Below are positions 39,935 to 48,914 of a stretch of DNA of 64,000 bases, piece by piece. The stretch is from the IMG/VR virus record IMGVR_UViG_3300018080_000123, positions 1-64,000 of that record. One strand, 5' to 3'. The stretch is from a virus. Made by a program: the position numbers and the translations under genes. The notes beneath the pieces are model-generated. The model had not been told where the DNA came from. It was given only the letters and a program-made list of their open reading frames with translations, and ran no database searches. Position 1 is the first letter of the stretch. Each line of letters begins with the position of its first letter.

Positions 39935-40404
39935 TAGGCTTCAGCTACTTTCTTAGACTTTTCCTTCTTGGCTACGTTCTTTTTTTCTTTCTTCTCTTTT
40001 TTGAATTCTTCAAAAACTTCGTCAAGAAGAATCAATGTCTTTGTTGCAACCTTAACATCGCCAAGATCGTCAAGTTTAATTGTGTCATCAATCACAAACT
40101 CAATATTGAGAAGATCGTCAAGATCCTTTGCCAGAGCTTTTGTGGAGTCTGGCGTAAAGGTATACTGGCTATTCTCAATCTTTGGCTTCCCTTTTACTGC
40201 GCCCTTTTCTTCATCATCCTCTTCCCACTTAATGCAATGCTTCTCTAGAACCTGAGTTCGCGTACTGTGGAAAAGTTCCATTGATTTTCCCACCTGATCG
40301 AGGATCTTCTTCAATCGATAGGCGGTGCGAACTGGAACGTCCTTCTCGGACAGATCCTTGAGAGCAACCATAAAGTCGTCGGACGCAAATACTGCATTCT
40401 TCAT
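39934..40404 (-). CDS. Conserved phage protein (DUF1617-like, often fibre-associated)
   Basis: VPVRTAYRLKK motif; AAGGAGG RBS. Confidence 0.5.
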   Translation of the reverse strand: MKNAVFASDDFMVALKDLSEKDVPVRTAYRLKKILDQVGKSMELFHSTRTQVLEKHCIKWEEDDEEKGAVKGKPKIENSQYTFTPDSTKALAKDLDDLLNIEFVIDDTIKLDDLGDVKVATKTLILLDEVFEEFKKEKKEKKNVAKKEKSKKVAEA

Positions 40405-40427
40405 AATCTTACCTCCTTGGTAATTTT

Positions 40428-40437
40428 ATTATAGTAT
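40428..40437 (-). promoter_or_regulatory. Putative late-promoter motif ATACTATAAT
   Basis: Repeated intergenic 10-mer. Confidence 0.55.
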
Positions 40438-40452
40438 TATTTTATTATACAA

Positions 40453-40821
40453 TTATGATTCGCCATCTGTGTCTGAATCATAAATTATGTATTGAGCCGC
40501 TGCCTGAGCTCCATCAAAACGAATAAACCTATGATCGGGTCCCGTATTAATCACAAGGCTTTCTTTATCAAGGATCGCAATTCCATTTGTCATCCCCGTA
40601 GGAGCAGCCATTCCAATATCTCCAATTGCGACATAAATTGTCCCGCCAGATCCATTAGTAATACGAACAGGCATTCTTTTGCCTACTTCAATCTCAGTAG
40701 CTGGAACCGCACCAAGTGATCTAACCGCAAACCCTGCATCCATATTTCGCTGGTTAAAAGTACTATCTTCGAACTGTAGATTGGTAACAGTCCTTTCATT
40801 TCTAGCTCTTTTACTTCCCAT
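40453..40821 (-). CDS. Hypothetical beta-rich virion-type protein
   Basis: 122 aa; VRITNGSGGTIYV pattern. Confidence 0.45.
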   Translation of the reverse strand: MGSKRARNERTVTNLQFEDSTFNQRNMDAGFAVRSLGAVPATEIEVGKRMPVRITNGSGGTIYVAIGDIGMAAPTGMTNGIAILDKESLVINTGPDHRFIRFDGAQAAAQYIIYDSDTDGES

Positions 40822-41102
40822 TATTTGTTCCCTTTATTTTTCTTCAAGTCTTCTTCTTTGTTCTCTCTGCGAAGCTTCTCAATCTCCGCTCGATAAAAGA
40901 ACCCCAGATCTCTATACTTCTTAAAGTCAGAGAATCTGAAGCTAATCTCTAGATCCCGACCGGTACCTTTTTCGTCATCAAAAACAAAATAAACTTTCGA
41001 TTTGTTGTTTTTCCCCATTCCCCATTCAGCGCATAGATACTTAAGCCCCTCCATTTCCAAGTAGGGACATAGAGCAAGATTGTCGGTCTTAAATTGCTTC
41101 AT
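40821..41102 (-). CDS. DUF5659-like small protein
   Basis: FKTDNLALCPYL and KVYFVF motifs. Confidence 0.55.
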   Translation of the reverse strand: MKQFKTDNLALCPYLEMEGLKYLCAEWGMGKNNKSKVYFVFDDEKGTGRDLEISFRFSDFKKYRDLGFFYRAEIEKLRRENKEEDLKKNKGNK

Positions 41103-41130
41103 AAACTTTTTCCTTTTTTTTATTGTTGTA

Positions 41131-41218
41131 TCAATTCGTCAACGCCAACTTTAACTGCGTTGCTGTTTTGGCTCAAGGAAGATTACAATCTCAATGTTGT
41201 AAGATCCTGACGAGTTGA
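41131..41218. ncRNA. Candidate three-way-junction RNA (leader or antisense)
   Basis: Outer stem TCAATTCGTCA/TGACGAGTTGA enclosing GCCAA/TTGGC and TTACAA/TTGTAA hairpins. Confidence 0.4.
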
Positions 41219-41265
41219 ACACCGTACACGATTAATATTATACCGGATTCTGCAAAATAATTAAA

Positions 41266-41457
41266 TTATTTGGTGAAGGTTACGTCTTTTAACTTTGATT
41301 GTTTGGATTCTTTTTTCTCCTTCTTTTTCTGACGAGCTTCCCACTCCCACTTACAATATTTCTTGTCAACATATTCCGACGCTTCTTCATAGGTGTCAAA
41401 CTGAGTATCAACCCACTTACCTTCTTTGTCCTTCTCTCGGACATAACATTTTGACAT
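41266..41457 (-). CDS. Small hypothetical protein
   Basis: 63 aa abutting the upstream gene. Confidence 0.45.
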   Translation of the reverse strand: MSKCYVREKDKEGKWVDTQFDTYEEASEYVDKKYCKWEWEARQKKKEKKESKQSKLKDVTFTK

Positions 41458-41775
41458 TTAGTACTCCCAGATAAGAAACGGGATAGATAACCCGATGCCT
41501 CCTGAGTTAGCTAAGATATCATAGGGATCTGCTTGAGGATCTTTAATGTATTCCTTTGCCAATCCCAATCCCATAGTGACCATACTACTTCCTATTATAC
41601 ACTCATTCTTGCTTAATTTCAATTGGTTTTTGCAGACTACATAAAGAACATGATTAATGGCGAAAGACCCGCCGATATGATAAAGCTTATCTTCATTGTC
41701 AAAAGAATAAACATTTGACCCTAGTATCAAAAACAACAAAACAACGATAACTTGTCTAATCACTAGTCCCACCAT
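41458..41775 (-). CDS. YfiM/DUF2279-like membrane protein
   Basis: DKLYH, GLAKE..D and DILAN..G motifs. Confidence 0.6.
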   Translation of the reverse strand: MVGLVIRQVIVVLLFLILGSNVYSFDNEDKLYHIGGSFAINHVLYVVCKNQLKLSKNECIIGSSMVTMGLGLAKEYIKDPQADPYDILANSGGIGLSIPFLIWEY

Positions 41776-42344
41776 GATCTGGAATATTTAGCAAACAATT
41801 TGCCAAAAATCTCTAAATCTCTTGACATAATCTTTTCTTCCATGTCTGCGCACTCAAACATCTCTTTTCTTTCTTGCTCTTCGTCTTCTGGAGTTTTGAC
41901 ATTTTCTCTTTCCATAGTCATTCGTCTGCAATTATTTTTCAAGACTGGGCCAAATGTTGTCTTAAAGCTTCCCCATTTTCTATCATGTCGGTCCCAAATT
42001 CTATCATGATATTCCCACCTGTGACTCATTCGATGCATAATCTTAATACAAATTCTAAGAGCTTGAAGGACGTCTTTTTCATGTTCTGCGCTTCCATTTT
42101 CGAGAGCATAAAACATTCGCTTCATTTTGAATTCCATTAACTCAAACAAGAAATCGGCATCCCAATCCTCGCCCTTCCAGATTACTGAGAAATAAGAGAG
42201 CATCTTTTTAATTGTGTAGCAGAAATGCCATACCCGGCTGTAGGGGTTATGAATAACATCAAACCAATCTGATAGGTAGATTCGATTCCATATCGATGGT
42301 TTCGTTTCATCTTGATCTTTAAGTGCTTTCATTAGTGTTCTCAC
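41763..42344 (-). CDS. Conserved phage hypothetical protein
   Basis: DWD..FL..LMEFK..RM and C-terminal SWWD pattern. Confidence 0.6.
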   Translation of the reverse strand: MRTLMKALKDQDETKPSIWNRIYLSDWFDVIHNPYSRVWHFCYTIKKMLSYFSVIWKGEDWDADFLFELMEFKMKRMFYALENGSAEHEKDVLQALRICIKIMHRMSHRWEYHDRIWDRHDRKWGSFKTTFGPVLKNNCRRMTMERENVKTPEDEEQERKEMFECADMEEKIMSRDLEIFGKLFAKYSRSWWD

Positions 42345-42347
42345 ATC

Positions 42348-43115
42348 TTACTCCAGTATCATTTTAATCGCATTGGGAGTTCGATTAGGCTTCCCATCTT
42401 CATAGTAAATGGTTTCGCCTAATCCAAGTTCGCTCTTTGCTCTTTCAATATCAAAAATACTTAACTCGTATTCTCCGCTAGGATTATAGATTCCTTTTCC
42501 GTACATTATGTCAAACTTATTCTCAGTGTGTTGGAGATTCATGCAATGACCAAGTTCATGCATCATCAAAGCTCTAAGATAATCGTTTCCTTTGTCAACG
42601 TAATACGTTCTCGAGCCATCTTCGTTAGTCAGCGGAACGCCAAACTCATATTTCTTAACTCTGATATCGCACCTAATCTTTGCTCCACACCCCTTCCACC
42701 AACACGCATCCCCTGCAGCCTTCTCATCTAGCTCATCTCCTAGCCAGTGAATTGTATTGATATAGTCATCGGTATCGTAGGGAGTATCAGATCGGCCATC
42801 GTATTTAAACACTTCTACGCCAAGAGCTCTATTCCACTCCTCCATTGCTTCTTTAATGTATTGGATTCTTTCTTGCGGGAAATCGCTGTGGACATAAAAC
42901 TTGGCCGGAAATTCATCCTTTCCGCAACCACTAACCTCTTCTCCGCAACCAACCATAATCACAATCAAATAAATAACAACTAACAATAAGATGAATCTCA
43001 CAAGAATCTTCAGCCAAATATTTTGAGTCACTCGCTCTCTAAACGAAAGATGAGGTTTCCTCAAATCTGGGAACTTAATTATCTTTGTTGGCGTCCTTCT
43101 TTTTTGCTTTTTCAC
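42348..43115 (-). CDS. Matrixin-like (metzincin) zinc protease, membrane-anchored or lipoprotein
   Basis: HELGHCMNLQH..DIM motif; hydrophobic stretch ending MVGC. Confidence 0.85.
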   Translation of the reverse strand: MKKQKRRTPTKIIKFPDLRKPHLSFRERVTQNIWLKILVRFILLLVVIYLIVIMVGCGEEVSGCGKDEFPAKFYVHSDFPQERIQYIKEAMEEWNRALGVEVFKYDGRSDTPYDTDDYINTIHWLGDELDEKAAGDACWWKGCGAKIRCDIRVKKYEFGVPLTNEDGSRTYYVDKGNDYLRALMMHELGHCMNLQHTENKFDIMYGKGIYNPSGEYELSIFDIERAKSELGLGETIYYEDGKPNRTPNAIKMILE

Positions 43116-43329
43116 AAACGCACCTTTTAGTCCCGGTCATCAGATTAATGTTTACTTCTCCCGTAAACACAAACCCTGTCCGCTCCATTCCTTTGAAGCG
43201 ACAGAGTTGGTTACACGCTGACATCATCTCTTCATAATTAAGACAAATATCGCCAACATCTGCCTTTACTACATTCATTATACAGAGAAACAATAGAGCT
43301 CCCAGCGCTATTAAAACATATCTAATCAT
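43075..43329 (-). CDS. Small secreted Cys-rich protein
   Basis: Signal-like N-terminus followed by several Cys. Confidence 0.5.
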   Translation of the reverse strand: MIRYVLIALGALLFLCIMNVVKADVGDICLNYEEMMSACNQLCRFKGMERTGFVFTGEVNINLMTGTKRCVCEKAKKKDANKDN

Positions 43330-43725
43330 TTTTCCCTCACAGTATGTTCAAAAATTGAGACGCAGCATAGGTCTCCTTCAATATCAGAAGCCCCTTTTTT
43401 TGTGAAATCAAGAACTACGGTTTCTTTACGAGGATGCTCTTTGCTCATTTTCCGACGTATTCGTTCGGCCGCCTCGCGGGCCGCTTTAAGTGTTTTATAA
43501 AAAAGCTCATGGCAATCCCAATCATTTAAAACACCATAGATTTTCATTTCCAATACTCCACGTCGCCCTTATTTTTAGGCATTCTGTGATCGCACTTCTC
43601 GAACCACCAAAGAGACTTCCAATTCTTAGCCTCTTTGACTATAACCATATCCCCATCGCATTTAGGACACTTCTTGCGAGGGCGTCCTTTCTCTTGCTTT
43701 TGTTGTGTTGGTTTCCAAGCTGCCA

Positions 43726-44268
43726 TTATTCCTCCAGCATATCGCGATTAATGACACGTGTTATCACGCCATTGTTCGTTTGAAACACTTGTAGGTTAAT
43801 CGCTAACAATTCATCGTCGTTAAACGAAATTACGACCTCATATCGATAAGTCCGGGTTGCTGTAGTCGATAGGCTCGATCCTGTATCACTATCACAATTT
43901 CCACTTGCAAGAGCAACAGTGGTTCCGTAAAGCAGAACATCATTATGAATATTAATCGAACTCCCATTCAGCAAAAGAGAACAAATTGAGCCATCAGGAT
44001 TTAATGTCTCATAGCGCGCGGTAACGCTATACATTTCTTCATGATTGACGTTGACGATAACATAGCCAGAAAATGGCAAATAATACTCACCAACAAATTC
44101 AGGAAGAGTTGGAACTTCGGCAACAACTGTTTCTCCTGACTCGCCCTTATCGCCTTGCTCTCCCTGCGGCCCATTATTGGTAACCGTCTCGACTACCTTC
44201 TCGCTTCCGCAGCTAATCAAAAATAAACCAATCAAAACTAACGCAATTCCAAGTAATGTCTTCCTCAT
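43726..44268 (-). CDS. Lipoprotein with short collagen-like repeat
   Basis: Lipobox LISC; GPQGEQGDKGESGE; strong RBS. Confidence 0.75.
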   Translation of the reverse strand: MRKTLLGIALVLIGLFLISCGSEKVVETVTNNGPQGEQGDKGESGETVVAEVPTLPEFVGEYYLPFSGYVIVNVNHEEMYSVTARYETLNPDGSICSLLLNGSSINIHNDVLLYGTTVALASGNCDSDTGSSLSTTATRTYRYEVVISFNDDELLAINLQVFQTNNGVITRVINRDMLEE

Positions 44269-44283
44269 TGTCCTCTCCTCCTT

Positions 44284-44391
44284 AAAAAGGGCGCTGGGGG
44301 TCTGGTTAGCTGCTAGCTACTCTGAGCTTTATACCCTGTGCACTTACCGGGTCTAGAACCCGGGTTGGGCGAGCCAGCCTCGCCCCAGCGC
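44284..44391 (-). ncRNA. Candidate structured RNA with a T-arm-like hairpin
   Basis: GCGCTGGGG/CCCCAGCGC closing stem followed by a U-tract; internal CCGGG-TTCTAGA-CCCGG. Confidence 0.5.
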
Positions 44392-44449
44392 TATGTCTTG
44401 TACATTACTCCCGACGGAGCGGCTTTTATAATACCCACTTGGGGCGAAT

Positions 44450-44947
44450 TTACCCCTCTATTATACATTTCAATGTTTCATACTCCACGGGTTCATAATC
44501 CCAAACTTCTACTGAAACGTTGATCAGCTTCTTATCTTTTTCTATTTTCCAAAGACCATGAACATGGCCGTGGATCAACCAATCGTCTTTTAGCAAAGTG
44601 ACTTTAATAGCTGGATCATGAGCAAGATAAATATTGTCAACTTTTAAACTAGTATGTACACTCACAAACCCGGCCTCAACATAGGCAAAAGGTTTCAGTT
44701 TATCGTGATTGCCGAGAACTAAATGCTTATCTCCATTTAGTCTTCTAATAAAAGATCCGATATGTTCGGCATTTGTTCCCCAGGCAAAATCTCCCAAATG
44801 ATAAACTGTATCGTCTATTCCCACAATTGTATTCCAAACAGCTACCATTTTCTCATTCATTTGAGAGGAATTCTTAAAGGGACGGTTGGTGTGTCTAATA
44901 ATATTGGTATGCGAGAAGTGATGATCGGATGTAAAGAAAACAGACAC
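44450..44947 (-). CDS. Calcineurin-like metallophosphoesterase
   Basis: SDHH, HLGD, GNHD and HGHVH motifs. Confidence 0.9.
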   Translation of the reverse strand: MSVFFTSDHHFSHTNIIRHTNRPFKNSSQMNEKMVAVWNTIVGIDDTVYHLGDFAWGTNAEHIGSFIRRLNGDKHLVLGNHDKLKPFAYVEAGFVSVHTSLKVDNIYLAHDPAIKVTLLKDDWLIHGHVHGLWKIEKDKKLINVSVEVWDYEPVEYETLKCIIEG

Positions 44948-45237
44948 TACTTAACCTCCTTTACCTCAAACTTACGACAATACTCATTCTGACCGCTCGC
45001 CTTGTAGTACTCTTTCAGCATTGTATAGATATAGTACGCCTTGCAGTAGTCCCACCTGTACTCTGCTCCATCGGTTTTGATTGAAAGGCCATTTCCATTG
45101 TCGTGAAGCTTCCCGCAAGCACCGCCAGGCTTAGTCCAGCTCTTATCAAATTCAGAGTATTTCATATTTGCGTTATGATCATCGCACTCTACCTCATAAA
45201 GGCCACCCTCCTGAGGAACAAGTAGAAACTTTTTCAT
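44947..45237 (-). CDS. Hypothetical protein
   Basis: 96 aa with GGAGGA RBS. Confidence 0.55.
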   Translation of the reverse strand: MKKFLLVPQEGGLYEVECDDHNANMKYSEFDKSWTKPGGACGKLHDNGNGLSIKTDGAEYRWDYCKAYYIYTMLKEYYKASGQNEYCRKFEVKEVK

Positions 45238-45238
45238 A

Positions 45239-45526
45239 TCACTCCTCCCAATTCATCGGGGCATTGCTTTCGCACTCAAAAGCATAATCCATAGATTTCG
45301 GACAATCATCATCAAAACAGCAAACGACTTCCCGATAGGTCCCGAAATCATGAGAAAAGCTTTTCACCACAAGCTTGGCATTTTCAGGTTCTGGACCAAG
45401 CTTCTTACGAATTAGATCGATAAACCGACGACATTCCTGGCGAGATTTCATCTCGTAATCTTCATCTCCAAGCTGAGCACACAGCTCGTCCCCTGGAGCA
45501 GGTCCTATCTCAACAAAATCTTTCAT
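45239..45526 (-). CDS. Conserved phage hypothetical protein
   Basis: IGPAP..E.CAQLG and HDFGTYREV motifs; very strong RBS. Confidence 0.65.
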   Translation of the reverse strand: MKDFVEIGPAPGDELCAQLGDEDYEMKSRQECRRFIDLIRKKLGPEPENAKLVVKSFSHDFGTYREVVCCFDDDCPKSMDYAFECESNAPMNWEE

Positions 45527-45560
45527 ATATCCTCCTCCTCTATCTTAATTATATCCTATC

Positions 45561-45863
45561 TCAAGAGAAAGATCCAGCTAAAAGTACATAGATTACAAAG
45601 CTGTTCCACAGTATAATCGCCCCATGCAAAACCCCAAGGATTCCAAGAGCGTAGACAGCTTTAGGGTAGTATTTGGCCGTTAGTCCTAAAATTGCTACTA
45701 CCCAGCAAAATAATAGTAACAAAGCCCAATCAACCCCTATTAGCCTCATCAGATAATTCGCTATTGGATTGGCCTCGCTCCCACCCATGCCTAGCGCAAT
45801 TCGCGTTAAATACACATCAAGAAACTTAAGCATTATGTTGAGAGCTAATAGTTGTTTGATCAT
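45561..45863 (-). CDS. DUF5658-like membrane protein
   Basis: LDVYLT..G..EANP motif; about 3 TM segments. Confidence 0.7.
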   Translation of the reverse strand: MIKQLLALNIMLKFLDVYLTRIALGMGGSEANPIANYLMRLIGVDWALLLLFCWVVAILGLTAKYYPKAVYALGILGVLHGAIILWNSFVIYVLLAGSFS

Positions 45864-45881
45864 TCCCTTTCCTTTTTCTGT

Positions 45882-46009
45882 GTACTCGGCCCGATGGACG
45901 TGTTAGGACGGCCATCGGGTGGACGTATTCGCAGAGGCCATAGAGAGTGGCGGTTTTCTATGGCTTACCCTAACACCTAACCGTCCGATCCGCCTACAGA
46001 CCCGAGCAC
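45882..46009 (-). ncRNA. Candidate multi-stem RNA with two potential pseudoknots
   Basis: Five stems plus complementarities GTGTTAGG/CCTAACAC and GGCGG/CCGCC; G-U pairs favour the minus strand. Confidence 0.6.
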
Positions 46010-46032
46010 TATATTTGAGCACACGCCTCCGC

Positions 46033-47001
46033 TTATTTATAGTCATACAAATCACCTATTGATGTATCGGTATGGACACACGAAATCGCCTGAGCAAGAA
46101 GTCTAGCTACCGATATAATCTGAATCTTATCAGAGTTTTCGATTCGTTCTTCAAGCTTAATTGTATCGGTTATAATTAATTCTGTTAATGATTCGGACCG
46201 TTCTATTCTATCCATTGTCCATCCGGAAAGTACCGGATGGGTAACTGCTGCCCTTACATCTTCCGCTCCTTTTTCTTTCAACACGTCGGCCGCTAAAAGC
46301 AGCGTTCCGGCCGTATCACACATATCATCAAGAATAAAAATATCTCTTCCCTTCACATCTCCAATAATCTCCATCGTCTCAATTTTATTATGCTCATTCC
46401 GCCTCTTACTCATCACCGCCAAAGGGACACCTAAATGTTTAGCAAATATGTGAGCCCTCCCCGCGCCTCCAGCATCTGGCGAAACAATTGTAAGCTTATC
46501 GTCCCATGAATAGCGCTCTTCAATGTATTGAACAAATAATGGGCCGGCTAAAAGATGATCAACTGGAATGTTGAAGAAACCTTGGATTTGCGGTGAATGA
46601 AGATCAATAGTAATCACTCGATCTGCTCCTGAAACCGTGATCAGATCTGCTACTAATTTAGCTGTGATAGCTGTTCGAGGGGAAGTCTTGCGATCTTGTC
46701 TTGCATACCCGAAGTAAGGAATTACAGCCGTCACTCTACCAGCTGAAGCTCTCTTTAGGGCATCGATTATGATTAGAAGCTCCATTAAGGTTTCATTGGC
46801 AGGCGAGCTAGTGGATTGAACAACGAACACATCCTCTCCTCTCACGCTTTCCTCTACCTTTACAAATAACTCTTTGTCGTCGAAGCGCCTTCCCGACATC
46901 TGGCCCAGAGTAACGCAACGACTAAGCAAAACGCTCAAATCCACAACTACACCGCTAGCAAGACTCATGGAAGCAGTTCCACAGAAAACTTTGATACCCA
47001 T
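46033..47001 (-). CDS. prs: Ribose-phosphate pyrophosphokinase (PRPP synthetase)
   Basis: PYFGYARQDRK, DLHSPQIQGFF, VSPDAGG and DDMCDTAGTL motifs. Confidence 0.95.
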   Translation of the reverse strand: MGIKVFCGTASMSLASGVVVDLSVLLSRCVTLGQMSGRRFDDKELFVKVEESVRGEDVFVVQSTSSPANETLMELLIIIDALKRASAGRVTAVIPYFGYARQDRKTSPRTAITAKLVADLITVSGADRVITIDLHSPQIQGFFNIPVDHLLAGPLFVQYIEERYSWDDKLTIVSPDAGGAGRAHIFAKHLGVPLAVMSKRRNEHNKIETMEIIGDVKGRDIFILDDMCDTAGTLLLAADVLKEKGAEDVRAAVTHPVLSGWTMDRIERSESLTELIITDTIKLEERIENSDKIQIISVARLLAQAISCVHTDTSIGDLYDYK

Positions 47002-47010
47002 TTCTTCTCC

Positions 47011-47835
47011 TCAAAAAATAATACTTGCCGGAGTATCCCAGCTTGTATACATATGTCCATCTTCAGCAAAAATCAAGCTTCGGATATCATTTGTTCTATT
47101 ACAGCTTTGCATACACGTGTCAATATGCATCACCGAAATTCCTTCGTAATCATAGACGCGCCCGCCATGGACCATCTCGCGCACCAAATCAAGACCTGCC
47201 TCATTCATTTGCTCTACATATTTATAATACAAGCTTTGTGGGGCAAATTTTTCAATCCACCCTCTAGTCCCCCAACCTCCCGACATACGTTGAGGACACA
47301 TAATTCGTCGCAACGAGAATTGTCTAACCTTTGTTCGCTTACACTCCTCAATCATTCTTTGAAAAGTATCCTGAGCATTAAGAATGCTCGTTACATTCAT
47401 CGCCACTCTAACTGTTATTCCTTCCTTATCGAGATAGTCAAACAACTTCTCGAACTTCTGAAAGTCATTCATACAATCAAACGAGAAAGCAACAACATTG
47501 AACTTGAGGTCGCTAAACTGCGTAAGAAATTTAACATCATTCTCCTCGAATCGATTCAAGAGACGAAGTCCGTTTGTTTGGACTTCGAGAGGAAAATCGT
47601 TGAACTGAGTGGTAAAATAGAACAAATCATCCCAGTTCATAAAAGGCTCGCCCTTGCCAGTAATCAAAACACACGCCACACCGGCAAGCTTAGCCATCAT
47701 ACGAACCTTACGAATATTTACGCCCATACGATAGATGTTAGGCGTAACTTCTGGAGTCATATTACTTACGCAATATGCACACTTCTTATCACATCCCTTA
47801 TTCGGCAGACAAATCGTCAGACTTTGCGCCTTCAT
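47011..47835 (-). CDS. Radical SAM enzyme
   Basis: CDKKCAYC (CX3CX2C), LITGKGEP and QTNG motifs. Confidence 0.88.
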   Translation of the reverse strand: MKAQSLTICLPNKGCDKKCAYCVSNMTPEVTPNIYRMGVNIRKVRMMAKLAGVACVLITGKGEPFMNWDDLFYFTTQFNDFPLEVQTNGLRLLNRFEENDVKFLTQFSDLKFNVVAFSFDCMNDFQKFEKLFDYLDKEGITVRVAMNVTSILNAQDTFQRMIEECKRTKVRQFSLRRIMCPQRMSGGWGTRGWIEKFAPQSLYYKYVEQMNEAGLDLVREMVHGGRVYDYEGISVMHIDTCMQSCNRTNDIRSLIFAEDGHMYTSWDTPASIIF

Positions 47836-48313
47836 TTTTCTCCTCCTCGATAACAGTATCAGTCAATAGATCAAGCTTAACGATCCGAATCTTATTCATA
47901 TCTTTGGCCCCATATCGCGTATAATCTCTTCCTCCGTCAATCATTGCTTCGTTTGGGCACCCACAAGTGTGATAATGGTGTCGGCAGACGCTATATAATA
48001 CCACATCACACTCCAAACAATGAATAGCATTCTGATAGCGATATTTTTCCATTTCATCTTTATCCATTCCGCCTACAACTAGATGTCCAGGAGCATCCTC
48101 ATCTAGTCCAATAAAAGTGTACGGATACTCCATGAACAAGAGCATGTAATCTTTATGATTCTTCTCACGATTAGGATTCGCATTATGATAAACAGCAACA
48201 GGTCTATCCCAATTACGAACGCTGAATTCATTGATGAAGGTCAAGTCCCCTTCAAACTTCTCATAGACCTTTTTGTGATTAAAACCATACCAGTCTATCT
48301 TCTTAACTTTCAC
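47798..48313 (-). CDS. Conserved phage protein with C-terminal Zn-binding domain
   Basis: CLEC..S..RHHYHTCGC..IDGG.DY motif. Confidence 0.65.
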   Translation of the reverse strand: MKVKKIDWYGFNHKKVYEKFEGDLTFINEFSVRNWDRPVAVYHNANPNREKNHKDYMLLFMEYPYTFIGLDEDAPGHLVVGGMDKDEMEKYRYQNAIHCLECDVVLYSVCRHHYHTCGCPNEAMIDGGRDYTRYGAKDMNKIRIVKLDLLTDTVIEEEKNEGAKSDDLSAE

Positions 48314-48648
48314 CAGCGTTCCTCCTCATATTTGTTAATTTCCTCAAGCTTATATTTCTCCTTCAACCACTCTTCAACCAGCTCTTTGAGAGTAAACAGC
48401 TCGCTAAAGGCCTGGACAATCTTGCGGGCCTTTTCAACAACATCTCTTTGATTATTTTTCAGCTCATTGATCTGTAGCTCAAGGCGTCCAATTTTGGCAT
48501 CTTTATTCTTAACCTGACGCTCGAGTGTGATAAGCTGCTTCTTTACATCTTTTTTAAGCTGGGCTTCAATCTCGGCATATGTTTCGGCCGGAACCGATAC
48601 CTTGACTGTCTTAGCCTTCATTATTCTCCCCCTCCAAGTATCTACCAT
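48310..48648 (-). CDS. Coiled-coil hypothetical protein
   Basis: Likely start at MKAKTVK with GGAGGGGAG RBS. Confidence 0.5.
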   Translation of the reverse strand: MVDTWRGRIMKAKTVKVSVPAETYAEIEAQLKKDVKKQLITLERQVKNKDAKIGRLELQINELKNNQRDVVEKARKIVQAFSELFTLKELVEEWLKEKYKLEEINKYEEERW

Positions 48649-48832
48649 TTAAGGTTTCCTCCTGCTGTAAATCTTGTTCTGCTAATTGAAGAGCAGTTTC
48701 AAGCGCTTCCTCAGCTCGTGCCAAATATTCATCAACAACATCAAGAGGGCGTGCATAATCAACCTCAGCAATAACTTTCAGGTTTTCCTTAATCTTGGCT
48801 ACCCTTTTTTGATACCACTTGAGTTTTTTCAT
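48611..48832 (-). CDS. Hypothetical protein
   Basis: 73 aa with GAGGAGG RBS. Confidence 0.5.
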   Translation of the reverse strand: MKKLKWYQKRVAKIKENLKVIAEVDYARPLDVVDEYLARAEEALETALQLAEQDLQQEETLNGRYLEGENNEG

Positions 48833-48914
48833 TTTTAAGCCCTCCTCGCCGGCCTAATATCTCGAATGGAAAATCTAAATCTATCATACCGACTCTGTGT
48901 TATTGACTTCTCAA

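Noticed and set aside
46033-47001. NARP1-type NAD reconstitution (Adps plus Namat)
   Set aside because: The protein has canonical Prs motifs and no NAMPT-like partner is present in the window
47053-47853. 266-aa plus-strand ORF
   Set aside because: Antisense shadow of the radical SAM gene; no motifs, and all credible genes are on the minus strand
48833-48914. Theta/HDV-like ribozyme after the tRNA, or a group I intron around the endonuclease
   Set aside because: The trailer does not fit the HDV pairing pattern, the tRNA is uninterrupted, and no intron core was seen
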